A stretch of 64,000 nt of DNA from Hydrurus foetidus (taxonomy: Eukaryota), in NCBI GenBank assembly GCA_900617105.1, contig UYFQ01000001.1:1736001-1800000 (forward strand). The letters are read 5' to 3'. Every line of letters begins with the position of its first letter. Position 1 is the first letter of the stretch. Below, piece by piece: positions 51,757 through 61,433 of the stretch. The notes under the pieces are model-generated. The model was not told where the DNA came from. It did no database searches and worked only from the letters and a program-made list of their open reading frames with translations. Both the position numbers and the translations under genes were made by a program.

Positions 51757-53135
51757 CAGCGGGCAAGGCGGCGGGCATCAACCGGCGCAGTGCCTTGCAG
51801 CTGGGCGCGGTGGTGTTGCTGCTGGGCAAGCAGCACATTGCGCGCGGCGCAAGCATTGTGGCGGTGCGCGCTTGGCCATCCAAAGACTACACCCGCCTGA
51901 CGATTGAGTCTGACGGCGAGATTAAAGCGCGCCAGTTTTTACTGGCCGACCCGCCGCGCGTTGCAGTGGACATTGAAGGCATTGACCTGATTCCCGCGCT
52001 GCGTGAGCTGGTGGCCAAAGTCAACGCCGACGACCCGAACATTGCGGGTATTCGGGTGGGGCAAAACGCGCCGAACGTCGTGCGCCTGGTCATTGACCTG
52101 AAGCGGGCCATTTCGCCGCAGGTGTTTAGCCTGACGCCGGTGGCGGCCTACCAATACCGCCTGGTGCTGGACTTGTACCCTACCCAAACCGCTGACCCGC
52201 TTGAAGCGCTGATTGCAGAGCGCCTGGCTGACAAGGGCACAGCCAAGAGCACAGCACCGCCCACTGCAACGCCCGACCCATTGGGCGATTTGATGGCGCG
52301 CCAATCGGGCCAACCCGCCAAGCCAGCCAGCGCAGCAGCCCCAAAAACCAAGCCAGCTACTACGCCCAACGATGTAGCCACCGCCCCCGCCGCTGTGCAG
52401 CCAGCGCCGGGCAAAGGCAAAACCGATCGCTTGATCATCGTGGCATTAGACCCCGGCCACGGCGGCGAAGACCCTGGTGCAGTTGGCCCGGGCGGTACGC
52501 GGGAAAAAGAGGTGGTGCTGCAAATTGCGTTGCGCCTGCGTGACCGCATTAACCAGCAACCGAACATGCGGGCATATTTGACCCGTGACGCCGATTTTTT
52601 TGTACCGCTGAACGTCAGGGTGCAAAAAGCGCGGCGCGTGCAGGCCGATTTGTTCATCAGCATTCATGCCGATGCGTTTTTTACCGCGCGCCCGCAAGGC
52701 GCCAGCGTGTTCGCGCTAAGCGACAAAGGCGCGTCGAGCAGCGCCGCGCGCTGGATGGCCAACAAAGAAAACTCAGCCGACCTGGTAGGCGGCGTTAATG
52801 TCAAGGTCAAAGACGCGCAGGTGCAAAAAGCTATTTTGGACATGAGCACCACGGCACAAATAAGTGACAGTTTGAAACTGGGCAGTGCCATGCTGGGCGA
52901 GATTGGCGCGGTCGGCAAACTGCACAAGCCGAAAGTAGAGCAAGCCGGTTTTGCTGTGCTGAAAGCGCCTGATATTCCGAGTGTGCTGATTGAAACCGCG
53001 TTCATCAGCAACCCCGACGAAGAGGCCAAGCTGGGCAGCGAGGCCTACCAAGTGCAATTGGCCGATGCAGTTATGCGCGGTATTACGCGTTACTTTGCCC
53101 GAAACCCATCGCTGGCCAGAAACCGGCCGCTTTGA
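51753..53135 (+). CDS. amiC: N-acetylmuramoyl-L-alanine amidase (AMIN + Amidase_3, Tat signal)
   Basis: NRRSAL twin-arginine signal, AMIN domain, LDPGHGGEDPGA, FISIHAD, LIETAFISN. Confidence 0.93.
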   Translation: MTAGKAAGINRRSALQLGAVVLLLGKQHIARGASIVAVRAWPSKDYTRLTIESDGEIKARQFLLADPPRVAVDIEGIDLIPALRELVAKVNADDPNIAGIRVGQNAPNVVRLVIDLKRAISPQVFSLTPVAAYQYRLVLDLYPTQTADPLEALIAERLADKGTAKSTAPPTATPDPLGDLMARQSGQPAKPASAAAPKTKPATTPNDVATAPAAVQPAPGKGKTDRLIIVALDPGHGGEDPGAVGPGGTREKEVVLQIALRLRDRINQQPNMRAYLTRDADFFVPLNVRVQKARRVQADLFISIHADAFFTARPQGASVFALSDKGASSSAARWMANKENSADLVGGVNVKVKDAQVQKAILDMSTTAQISDSLKLGSAMLGEIGAVGKLHKPKVEQAGFAVLKAPDIPSVLIETAFISNPDEEAKLGSEAYQVQLADAVMRGITRYFARNPSLARNRPL

Positions 53136-53137
53136 GT

Positions 53138-53158
53138 TTGCTATTGCGCTGATAGCAA
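53138..53158. repeat. Half-site of the 48-bp motif (palindrome only)
   Basis: TTGCTAT-tgcgctg-ATAGCAA directly after the amiC stop; the rest of the motif is not recognisable. Confidence 0.45.
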
Positions 53159-53322
53159 GCGAGCTAATCGTTACAAGTAGCGCCAATTCACACGTGTAGT
53201 AGTGGCGTTCTCCTACGCACGCGCTACCGTCGTGGCTGTAAATTGAAAGTCCAGTCCCATTCGAGCCGCAGCCCTGGTTGCGCCTCGCATTGGCCAAGCT
53301 ACCTTTTTTGAAAGAACACATC

Positions 53323-53559
53323 ATGACTAAATACACCACGACACAAACAGCCAAGACAGTTTTATTGGCATCAGCCGCCGCCGCGATGATGGCGCTAACC
53401 GGTTGCGGTACCAGCCCGACCAATCAGCAAATCGGCACGGGCGTTGGCGCGGTAGTCGGCGGCGTGGCGGGCAACGCTGTGTTCGGCGGCGTGCTGGGCA
53501 CGGTAGGCGGCGCTGCTGCTGGCGCCGTCATTGGCAATGAAGTGGGCAAGAAAAAATAA
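53323..53559 (+). CDS. Glycine-zipper 2TM lipoprotein (OsmB-like)
   Basis: Lipobox LTGC, then GTGVGAVVGGVAG..GTVGGAAAGAVIG. Confidence 0.85.
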   Translation: MTKYTTTQTAKTVLLASAAAAMMALTGCGTSPTNQQIGTGVGAVVGGVAGNAVFGGVLGTVGGAAAGAVIGNEVGKKK

Positions 53560-53761
53560 TGCCATTGATTGAGAGAAACTGGCTGCAAGTTGTTTTTTAG
53601 GACGCTTGCGTCGACAAAGTCGCCGTCAAGCGCAATCTATCGCTGCCCACCCCGTTTGGCGTAGTCCGAACGGACACAGCGGACCTCATCCCCGTCTACA
53701 GAGGTTTATCGATTTTGAATTGCGACGGACAAAACTATCGGGAAGCTTGACCAGTCGTGGG

Positions 53762-54280
53762 TCAAATTGGATAAATCACAGAATTAAGCACCGTCTCGCT
53801 GTCGTACACGCAGCACCTGCTCTGCAGCTTCAATCCGCTCGGGGTCTGAATCAAACTGTCGATGTAGCGCCCCACACTCATCACCTCGCTCACACCTGCG
53901 CCCGCGCCACCTGGCTTGGTGCGAAACACCGCGTAATTGGCAGTGGCGAGAATCACGCCCTCAGCGAAGCTTGAAACACTGGCTTGCCCCACCAGATGGC
54001 GCGTATAGTACGGCCCGTGGTAAATCGTCTGCGTAATGCCGTAAACGCGGTCTTTCATCATGGCGCGGCTTTCCAGGTCCATTAGCGCCAGCGGAAGATT
54101 ACGTTCGTGGTTTTCTCGCGCCTGCAATGTGTAGCGACCGTCCTCAGTAAAAAACAGCGGCCATTCCTCAAACCGCTTGCTGTCGAGCGCGTCGGCATAC
54201 GCGGCGTTGAACTGGTTGATTTGGTGGTGCAACAGCACCGCTTGAGTCGAGTCTGGCGTGTAGTTCATGGCGTCACTCAT
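53762..54280 (-). CDS. nagH: Ring-hydroxylating oxygenase beta subunit (salicylate 5-hydroxylase NagH-like)
   Basis: RENHERNLPLA, MMKDRVYGITQTIYH, ANYAVFRTK, CVYDSE..NSVIYPI; ATGA overlap with the alpha-subunit stop. Confidence 0.8.
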   Translation of the reverse strand: MSDAMNYTPDSTQAVLLHHQINQFNAAYADALDSKRFEEWPLFFTEDGRYTLQARENHERNLPLALMDLESRAMMKDRVYGITQTIYHGPYYTRHLVGQASVSSFAEGVILATANYAVFRTKPGGAGAGVSEVMSVGRYIDSLIQTPSGLKLQSRCCVYDSETVLNSVIYPI

Positions 54281-55614
54281 AGCCCCACAACCTTGCGCCA
54301 ATAGCTGTACATACTTCTGATCAAAGTTTCAGTCACCATGTGCTCAGTGCCCTCGGTGCCGGTGCCGCCCAGCTCACACAGGGTGCTGCCTGCACTGCCC
54401 GCCTGTTTGAAGCCCCCTTGACTGAATTCAATCACCTCACCGTCGTCGGCGCTGACAAAACCCGCGGGGCCAAATAAGTTGGCTTGGCGCAAGCGGCGTT
54501 GGGTCATCTCAGGGGTGTCGTCAGCAAAACCAAAATGCGTCCACACAAAGTCAAACTCGCCAGTACCGCGCGGCACGATGTGGCGTGTGCTGAGCGAATT
54601 GACTTGCTGCTGAATGATCAGGCTGGGGAAAAGCGTGATCATCGTCACCGTTGGTGTGATCGGCGTGCCCGGGTGCGCCGGGTCGTCAATCGTCCACCAG
54701 GCCTCAGGCATGACGTCTAGCAGACGGTCATCGTGCAACGTCATGTTGGCTTTAAAACTGGTGACGTTTTCAGTCACTGCAGCGCTTGCTGCCGCTTCAT
54801 TGCGACGCGACAGCATGACCGCATGCCTGCCGTGCTCATCCATCACCATGCGGCTTTTTTGGTCGGCGCGCCACAAGCCAAACGTCACAAACCAGGTGTG
54901 CAGCAGCCCCGGGTGATAGGGGTCTTTGATGTTTTCCATCATTAACTTCCAGTTGCCCGGTATGCGCTGGCGGTTAATGCCCAGCAGGGTCAAGGGCCGC
55001 GCACTACCGTCGGCCGCTTTGAAAATACGGTTAACCCACGGCATGATGCTGGGGCCCAGGTACTCTTCAATCGGCGGCGGCGCTTGACTAAACGTAGCAA
55101 ACACCAAGCCGTGCAACACGGCTACCCGCAGTTTGGTCAGGCCGTGGTTTTTGACATCAAAGTCAGCCGGCATGCCGCCGTGAATCGTCTCTCCATCTTT
55201 AACGCCGTCTTCGAACGGCAGCCCGGCCAAGTCGCCATTGAGCTTGTATGTCCACTGGTGGTACGGGCACACAAAGCTGCGTGCATTGCCATGCGGCGTT
55301 TGGCAAAACCGCACACCGCGATGCGCGCAGCGGTTTTCAACAACCCGAATGCCGGTATCAACTGCACGGTCTTTGGGCGCCACCCGGTCGCGCACCATCA
55401 GCACTTGGCGCTCGCCTACGTGGCTAAGTTTGTAGTCACCCGTGTTGGGGATTTCAACTTCAAGCCCAACGTAACACCAATGGTCGCCGTAAAAAATGGC
55501 GTCCAGCTCCTTTTGGTACAGCTGGGCATCGGTATACGCCCAAAACGGCACGCGACTGGTTCCAGAGCCTTGCCATTGCGGCGTTTCAATGCTTGACGTG
55601 GTGGATACGTCCAT
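54277..55614 (-). CDS. nagG: Rieske oxygenase alpha subunit (salicylate 5-hydroxylase NagG-like)
   Basis: Rieske CAH..CPYH; SRVPFWAYT, HWCYVGLE, GNWKLMMENIKDPYHPGLLHTWF..FGLWRAD match NagG as I recall it. Confidence 0.82.
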   Translation of the reverse strand: MDVSTTSSIETPQWQGSGTSRVPFWAYTDAQLYQKELDAIFYGDHWCYVGLEVEIPNTGDYKLSHVGERQVLMVRDRVAPKDRAVDTGIRVVENRCAHRGVRFCQTPHGNARSFVCPYHQWTYKLNGDLAGLPFEDGVKDGETIHGGMPADFDVKNHGLTKLRVAVLHGLVFATFSQAPPPIEEYLGPSIMPWVNRIFKAADGSARPLTLLGINRQRIPGNWKLMMENIKDPYHPGLLHTWFVTFGLWRADQKSRMVMDEHGRHAVMLSRRNEAAASAAVTENVTSFKANMTLHDDRLLDVMPEAWWTIDDPAHPGTPITPTVTMITLFPSLIIQQQVNSLSTRHIVPRGTGEFDFVWTHFGFADDTPEMTQRRLRQANLFGPAGFVSADDGEVIEFSQGGFKQAGSAGSTLCELGGTGTEGTEHMVTETLIRSMYSYWRKVVGL

Positions 55615-55686
55615 ACTTTTTAGAAACCTTTAAAACCGGTGAAAACTGCAAATTGAATCCTAAGTATGCTTACCAGTTTTGTCAAA

Positions 55687-56337
55687 TTAAACTTTAGCCA
55701 CCGTCTTGCGCCCCGCCTTCCAGGCGCCGTAGATCACCACCAGGCCGGGTATCAAAATCATCGCCCAAATGATTTTTTCAAGGTTGGCTTTCACAATCGG
55801 GATATTGCCAAAAAAGTAACCTGCAGTAATGATGCCGCCCACCCACAGCGCGCCACCCACCACATTGAAAAAACTGAACTTGCCGCGGTTCATTTCAGAC
55901 ACACCCGCCACAAAAGGTGCAAAGGTACGCAAGAACGGCGCAAACCTGGCCAGCACCACAGTTATGCCGCCATAGCGCTCGTAAAACGCGTGCGACTTGT
56001 CAAACGCGTTTTTGTTAAACCACTTTGAATTGGGCCAGCCGAATACCTTGGGCCCAAAGTGCCGGCCTATGCTGTAGTTGCACTGGTCGCCAAGCACAGC
56101 GGCGGCAAACATCACGCCTATGGCTAACGGGTAGCTCATCAAGCCAACCCCGCATAGGGTGCCGACCACAAACAGCAGCGAGTCGCCGGGTAAAAATGGC
56201 ATCACCACCACGCCTGTTTCCACAAAAATAATCAAAAACAGCAGCGCGTAGACCCACGCGCCGTAGCTGGCGACGAAGGCTTCCAGGTATTTGTCGACAT
56301 GGACAATAAAGTCCAATAAAAACGTGATGACTTCCAT
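55687..56337 (-). CDS. dedA: DedA family membrane protein
   Basis: FVETGVVVMPFLPGDSLLF, GDQCNY, ARFAPFLRTFAPFVAG. Start MEVITFLLDF. Confidence 0.93.
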   Translation of the reverse strand: MEVITFLLDFIVHVDKYLEAFVASYGAWVYALLFLIIFVETGVVVMPFLPGDSLLFVVGTLCGVGLMSYPLAIGVMFAAAVLGDQCNYSIGRHFGPKVFGWPNSKWFNKNAFDKSHAFYERYGGITVVLARFAPFLRTFAPFVAGVSEMNRGKFSFFNVVGGALWVGGIITAGYFFGNIPIVKANLEKIIWAMILIPGLVVIYGAWKAGRKTVAKV

Positions 56338-56389
56338 GAACGCATTTTGACAGCAGTTACCCGCAGCGCAGCCTTTAAAATCTGCATCA

Positions 56390-58207
56390 GTGACCATACC
56401 GCCTCGCCGCCCTATTTGTGAACTGCCCGACGATCTGATCAGCCAGATTGCTGCTGGCGAGGTGGTCGAGCGCCCAGCATCGGTGGTGCGCGAGCTGGTC
56501 GACAACGCGCTGGACGCGGGTGCTACGCAGATTACTGTTCGCTTGCTGGCGGGCGGCGTGCGGCTCATTTCAGTTGAAGACGACGGCGGCGGTATTCCCA
56601 GAGCCGAACTGCCGGTGGCCCTGCGCCGCCACGCCACCAGCAAAATCAGCTCACTGGTTGACCTTGAATCTGTAGCCACTATGGGCTTTAGGGGCGAGGC
56701 GCTGGCCGCCATCAATTCGATTGCCGACATGAGCGTAACGTCGCGCACGCCTGGCAGCGACCACGCCTGGCAGCTTGATGGCCGAACCGGCGAGCTCCAT
56801 GCTGCCGCCCGCAGCCTAGGTACGACAGTGGAAGTGCGTGAGCTGTTTTACGCAACGCCCGCGCGCCGCAAATTTCTAAAAACCGATGCCACCGAGCTGG
56901 CGCATTGCATTGAGGCAGTACGCCGCCACGCGCTGGTGCGGCCCGATGTCGGCTTTGCTGTGTGGCACGAAGGCAGGCTGGCCGAGCAGTGGCGTGCCTG
57001 CTTAGGAGATGAAAGGCACAGTCAGCGCCTGGCCGACGTGCTGGGGCAAGATTTTGTGGCGCAGTCGGTGCTGGTTGACTACCAAAGCACGGCTATTCGG
57101 GCAGACGGTACGCCGCTGGTGCGGGTGCGTGGCCGCGCGGGCATGCCTGGCGCGGCTCGCTCGCGCCCGGACCAGCAATTTGCATACGTCAATGGCCGTT
57201 ACGTGCGCGACAAGGTCATCACGCACGCGGCACGCTCAGCTTATGAAGACGTGCTGCATGGCCATCGCCAGCCGGTGTATGCGCTGTATATTGATATTGA
57301 CCCCAGCCGAGTTGATGTGAACGTGCACCCGACAAAAATCGAAGTGCGATTCAGGGACAGTCGCGAAGTACACAGTGCGGTGCGCCACGCGGCTGACAAC
57401 GCGCTGGCGCTGCCTCGGTCAGCGCAGGCGCAAAGCCCGGTATTGGCCGTAAATCAAGTGGCAAATGCAGGTTTTACCCAATCAATACGGGCGCAAGCAG
57501 CTATTCCTTTTATAGCTAATACGCCGGGCTATGTAGCCGACATTGAAGCGACCTGGCCCGTTTTCGCATCGTTTGCACCGTCCCCAACGCTAGCCCCCAA
57601 CCCTGCGCCCGCGCCGGTAACCGACTGGCCATTGGGCCGGGCCATTGCGCAGCTGCAAGGCATTTATATACTGGCTGAAAACACGCAAGGCCTTGTTGTG
57701 GTCGACATGCACGCCGCACACGAACGTATCGTGTACGAGCACCTTAAAACGCAAATGGACACCGCCCGCATTGCGAGCCAGCCGCTGCTCATACCGGCTA
57801 CCTTTGCCGCGAGTGCGCAAGAAGTTGCCACTGCCGAAGCCAACCAGGACGTGCTGGCAACGCTGGGGCTAGACATTGCGCCGTTTTCACCCAAAACACT
57901 GGCCGTAAGAGCCGTGCCCACGTCGCTGGCGCGTGGCGATGCAACCGAGCTGGCGCGCAGCGTGCTCGCCGAGTTGGCTCAGCATGACGCCAGCACGGTG
58001 GTGCAACGCGCACAAAACGAATTGCTGTCCAGCATGGCTTGTCATGGCGCAGTGCGGGCCAACCGCAAGCTGACTATTGAAGAAATGAACGCCCTGCTTC
58101 GGCAAATGGAAGCCACTGACCGGTCGGACCAGTGCAACCACGGCCGCCCAACGTGGCGGCAAATCAGCGTGAAAGAGCTTGATGCACTTTTCATGCGCGG
58201 CCGCTGA
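56390..58207 (+). CDS. mutL: DNA mismatch repair protein MutL
   Basis: QIAAGEVVERPASVVRELVDNALDAG, GFRGEAL, DVNVHPTK, endonuclease DMHAAHERIVYE, CNHGRPT. Confidence 0.98.
   Translation: MTIPPRRPICELPDDLISQIAAGEVVERPASVVRELVDNALDAGATQITVRLLAGGVRLISVEDDGGGIPRAELPVALRRHATSKISSLVDLESVATMGFRGEALAAINSIADMSVTSRTPGSDHAWQLDGRTGELHAAARSLGTTVEVRELFYATPARRKFLKTDATELAHCIEAVRRHALVRPDVGFAVWHEGRLAEQWRACLGDERHSQRLADVLGQDFVAQSVLVDYQSTAIRADGTPLVRVRGRAGMPGAARSRPDQQFAYVNGRYVRDKVITHAARSAYEDVLHGHRQPVYALYIDIDPSRVDVNVHPTKIEVRFRDSREVHSAVRHAADNALALPRSAQAQSPVLAVNQVANAGFTQSIRAQAAIPFIANTPGYVADIEATWPVFASFAPSPTLAPNPAPAPVTDWPLGRAIAQLQGIYILAENTQGLVVVDMHAAHERIVYEHLKTQMDTARIASQPLLIPATFAASAQEVATAEANQDVLATLGLDIAPFSPKTLAVRAVPTSLARGDATELARSVLAELAQHDASTVVQRAQNELLSSMACHGAVRANRKLTIEEMNALLRQMEATDRSDQCNHGRPTWRQISVKELDALFMRGR
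57469..57516 (-). repeat. 48-bp motif copy 17 (inside the mutL linker, encodes GFTQSIRAQAAIPFIA)
   Basis: Plus strand AGGTTTTACCCA-atcaata-CGGGCGCAAGCA-GCTAT-tcctttt-ATAGC. Confidence 0.88.
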
Positions 58208-58240
58208 ACTTTTACGGCCCGCACCGGCTCTATTGGCGTC

Positions 58241-59104
58241 ATGAAAAAACTACCCCTGATCACTGCAGCGCTGATAATGGCCGCGCTTTTTGCTGGCTGC
58301 ACCACACTCGACGAAAAGCAGCGCACCTGGATTTTTCAGCCCAGCGACCGCTCTTGGGGCGGTGGCCTGGCCGCGGCTGAGGGTATGCAGGAAGTGTGGA
58401 TTCCTTTGGCAGCATCGGCAACCTCCACCGAACCCGCAAAAGCCGCCGAGCCAGCCGATGCCAAACTTCACGGCCTGTGGCTGCCGTCTGTTAAGCCCAA
58501 CGCACCTGTGCTGCTGTATTTGCACGGCGCACGCTACAACGTAACCGGCTCGGCGCCGCGCATTCGCCGCATGCAAGAGCTCGGCTTTTCAGTGCTGGCC
58601 ATCGATTACCGGGGCTTTGGTAAAAGCAGCCCCGGTTTGCCATCAGAAGCGACTGCCTACGAAGACGCCCGAGCCGCGTGGAACTGGCTTGGCCAGCAGT
58701 ACCCCGAGCAAAAGCGCTTCATTTTTGGCCATTCGCTGGGCGGCCCGATTGCAATTCATCTGGCAGCAGAAGTCAACGACGAAAGCGGTACGCTGGTTGA
58801 AGGTACTTTCACATCGATTGCCGATATCGTCAGCACGTCTAAATGGGGTTGGGTGCCGGTGTCTTTCTTAATCACGCAGCGGTTTGAGGCAGTTAAAAGA
58901 GTTGCGCAAACCGGCTCGCCTTTACTGGTGGTGCACGGCGCTGACGACCAGCTGATTGCCCCCGCGCTGGGCCGCAAACTGTTCGACGCTGCGGCAGAAC
59001 CGAAAATGTTTGTGCTGGTGGAAGGGGGCTCGCATCACAACACCAACCTGGTCGGCCTGCCGCAGTACCGCGACGCTCTAGCCAAGCTTTTCGCGCTCAA
59101 GTAG
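58241..59104 (+). CDS. Alpha/beta hydrolase lipoprotein (ABHD13/Bem46-like)
   Basis: Lipobox FAGC, LYLHG, IDYRGFGKS, GHSLGG, VHGADD, GGSHH. Confidence 0.88.
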   Translation: MKKLPLITAALIMAALFAGCTTLDEKQRTWIFQPSDRSWGGGLAAAEGMQEVWIPLAASATSTEPAKAAEPADAKLHGLWLPSVKPNAPVLLYLHGARYNVTGSAPRIRRMQELGFSVLAIDYRGFGKSSPGLPSEATAYEDARAAWNWLGQQYPEQKRFIFGHSLGGPIAIHLAAEVNDESGTLVEGTFTSIADIVSTSKWGWVPVSFLITQRFEAVKRVAQTGSPLLVVHGADDQLIAPALGRKLFDAAAEPKMFVLVEGGSHHNTNLVGLPQYRDALAKLFALK

Positions 59105-59250
59105 GCGCGGCTACTGCGCTCAGTTTCCAAGGCCACTCAAAAGGCCGGCGGTGGGCAGCCGGTTGGCCGGGTTAAGCTTCCTTCTTCTCGCCTCTTTTGC
59201 TCTGCCCGACTTTGTCACACTCCCCCATCGAATCAACGCCCAGCCAGCCC

Positions 59251-60468
59251 ATGCCGCAAAGTCTGGTGGTGCTCATGCTCGCTTTGCTGCTGGGTATTCA
59301 GCCCGTCACCACCGACTTGTACCTGCCCGCCCTGCCCGCTTTAACTGCCGGTTTCGGCGCCAGCATGGCCCAAGCACAGCTCACCCTCAGCGCGCTGCTG
59401 CTGGCGTTTGGTTGCTCGCAATTGGTGTGGGGCCCGCTGTCTGACCGCTTTGGCAGGCGGCCGGTTTTGCTGGTCGGCCTGGCCGCTTACGTAGCGGCAT
59501 CAAGCGGGGCCACTTTTGCCGCCACGATGGATTTACTGGTTACCTGGCGCATTGTGCAAGGCGTAGCCATGGGCGCTGTCGTGGTGTGCGCACGCGCCAT
59601 TGTTCGTGACTTGTATGAACCTGTTGAAGGGGCCAGGGTCATGTCCAAAGGCCTTACGGGTTTGGGCGTGTTGGCCTGCTTCAGCGCGCCAGTGGGCGGT
59701 GTAATCGCAGCGTTTTTTGGCTGGCGTTATGCGCTGTTTGCACTAGCCGTGTTTGGCTGCGTTGCGTTGGGCATGGTTGCCTTACGCTTTAAAGAAACGC
59801 TGGCTCACAAAAACCCGACTGCCTTGCGGCCTGCTACGCTGGTTAGCGTTTGGCGCAGCATATTGGGCAGCCGGACTTTTCTTGCTTATTCGGCTTTGTC
59901 GGCAAGCTCTTACGGCGGCTTGTTCACGTTTTTGGCTACTTCGTCATTTATATTTATTCAGGTGCTGGGCCTTAGCAATACGGCCTATGGCGGGTTGATG
60001 TTTATCAACTCGCTTTTTTATATATTCGGTACTGTTTTATGCCGCCGCTTGCTACCGCGGTTTGGCGTACAAAAATCGGTGGCGCTAGCGGGCGTGTTGA
60101 CATTGGCAGGGGGCTCATCCATGGGGTTGTTGGCGCAATTTGGCGTGAGCAACGTGTGGGCCATCATGGTGCCGCAAGCTATTTTCATGGTCGGCCACGG
60201 CATTCATCAGCCTTGCAGCCAAAGCGGCGCCATTGGTCCCTTTCCAAACGCCGCAGGCGCAGCGTCTGCCGTGAATGGTTTTGGCATGATGCTGGTCGCG
60301 TTTGCAGTCGGCGCGTACCTGGGCACGCACATGGACGGCACAGTCAAGCCGCTAACGCACGGTATCTGGTTTTGGAGCGTCGCTATCGCACTGGTGGCGT
60401 GGACGCTGGTGCGCCAGTTTGGCGGGCAAAGCAGTACCGCTACAACCGCTGCGTTGGTCAAGCCATGA
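59251..60468 (+). CDS. Bcr/CflA-family MFS efflux transporter
   Basis: [30 protein letters not shown], about 12 TM segments. Start uncertain. Confidence 0.92.
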   Translation: MPQSLVVLMLALLLGIQPVTTDLYLPALPALTAGFGASMAQAQLTLSALLLAFGCSQLVWGPLSDRFGRRPVLLVGLAAYVAASSGATFAATMDLLVTWRIVQGVAMGAVVVCARAIVRDLYEPVEGARVMSKGLTGLGVLACFSAPVGGVIAAFFGWRYALFALAVFGCVALGMVALRFKETLAHKNPTALRPATLVSVWRSILGSRTFLAYSALSASSYGGLFTFLATSSFIFIQVLGLSNTAYGGLMFINSLFYIFGTVLCRRLLPRFGVQKSVALAGVLTLAGGSSMGLLAQFGVSNVWAIMVPQAIFMVGHGIHQPCSQSGAIGPFPNAAGAASAVNGFGMMLVAFAVGAYLGTHMDGTVKPLTHGIWFWSVAIALVAWTLVRQFGGQSSTATTAALVKP

Positions 60469-61433
60469 CTGTGGCGGCGCACCTGCGTGTGATCTGCCTG
60501 GCGGGGCCAACCGCTGCAGGTAAAACCGCAGCGGCCCTCGCCATAGCTGCGCACCATGACGTTGAAATCATCAGCGTTGACTCCGCTCTGGTCTACCGCG
60601 GAATGGACATTGGAACCGCCAAGCCCACCGCTGCAGAGCTAAGCGCTGCACCGCACCACCTGATCAACATTCGTGACCCTTTGAATGCTTACAGCGCTGC
60701 AGAATTTGTCAACGACGCCGAGCGTTTGATTGACGACATAACAGCACGCGGCAAACTGCCTTTGCTGGTAGGCGGCACCATGCTGTATTTCAAGGCGTTG
60801 TTTGACGGGCTAGACGACATGCCCAAGGCTGATGCAAGCGTGCGTGAAGAAATCGCATTGCAAGCCGCGCAAAAAGGATGGCCAGCGCTGCATGCCGAGC
60901 TGGCGCTGATCGACGCTGTAACGGCTGCGCGCTTGTCGCCCAATGACTCCCAGCGTATTGCACGGGCGCTGGAGATATACAAAATTTCAGGCCAGCCGAT
61001 GTCGAGCTTTCATCGCCAAAACGCTACTGAAAATATAGCAGCTTGCGCTCGTAAAATAAGCGCTGCAGACCTTATTAGCCTGGAACCCGACGCTAGAAGC
61101 TGGCTGCATGACCGCATTGCCCAGCGCTTTGATGCAATGCTGGCTGGCGGATTTATGGATGAAGTCAAGGCGCTGTATGCCAGATTTTCCAGAGGCGACT
61201 TGCATGCCGATTTGCCGTCCATGCGCTGCGTGGGCTACCGCCAGGCGATTGACGTGCTGCGCGGCTTGTCACCTGCGTCAGAGCTGCGCGACAAAGGTAT
61301 TTTTGCGACGCGCCAGTTAGCCAAGCGGCAAATCACCTGGCTGCGTTCGATGCCAGCGCGCAGCGTGGTCGCCTGCGACGCGCCCGATGCCATTGCGCGC
61401 GTCCTAGAGCTCGTAAAAGAAAAACTTCAATGA
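60465..61433 (+). CDS. miaA: tRNA dimethylallyltransferase
   Basis: [56 protein letters not shown] overlap with the MFS gene stop. Confidence 0.97.
   Translation: MTVAAHLRVICLAGPTAAGKTAAALAIAAHHDVEIISVDSALVYRGMDIGTAKPTAAELSAAPHHLINIRDPLNAYSAAEFVNDAERLIDDITARGKLPLLVGGTMLYFKALFDGLDDMPKADASVREEIALQAAQKGWPALHAELALIDAVTAARLSPNDSQRIARALEIYKISGQPMSSFHRQNATENIAACARKISAADLISLEPDARSWLHDRIAQRFDAMLAGGFMDEVKALYARFSRGDLHADLPSMRCVGYRQAIDVLRGLSPASELRDKGIFATRQLAKRQITWLRSMPARSVVACDAPDAIARVLELVKEKLQ
61023..61070 (+). repeat. 48-bp motif copy 18 (inside miaA, encodes [16 protein letters not shown])
   Basis: GCTAC-tgaaaat-ATAGC-AGCTTGCGCTCG-taaaata-AGCGCTGCAGAC. Confidence 0.88.

Noticed and set aside
59949..59970. 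TATTTATTCAGGTGCTG in the MFS gene, similar to copy 9
   Set aside because: It encodes the family-typical FIFIQVLG and has no GC core.
60039..60464. Long N-terminal extension of MiaA in the ORF track (similarly QueG 51271-51537 and DedA 56338-56748)
   Set aside because: These overlap neighbouring real genes, and better starts exist at 60465, 51270 and 56337.
448..61070. CRISPR array interpretation of the recurring motif
   Set aside because: Copies are kilobases apart, in both orientations and divergent, with no regular spacers and no cas genes.
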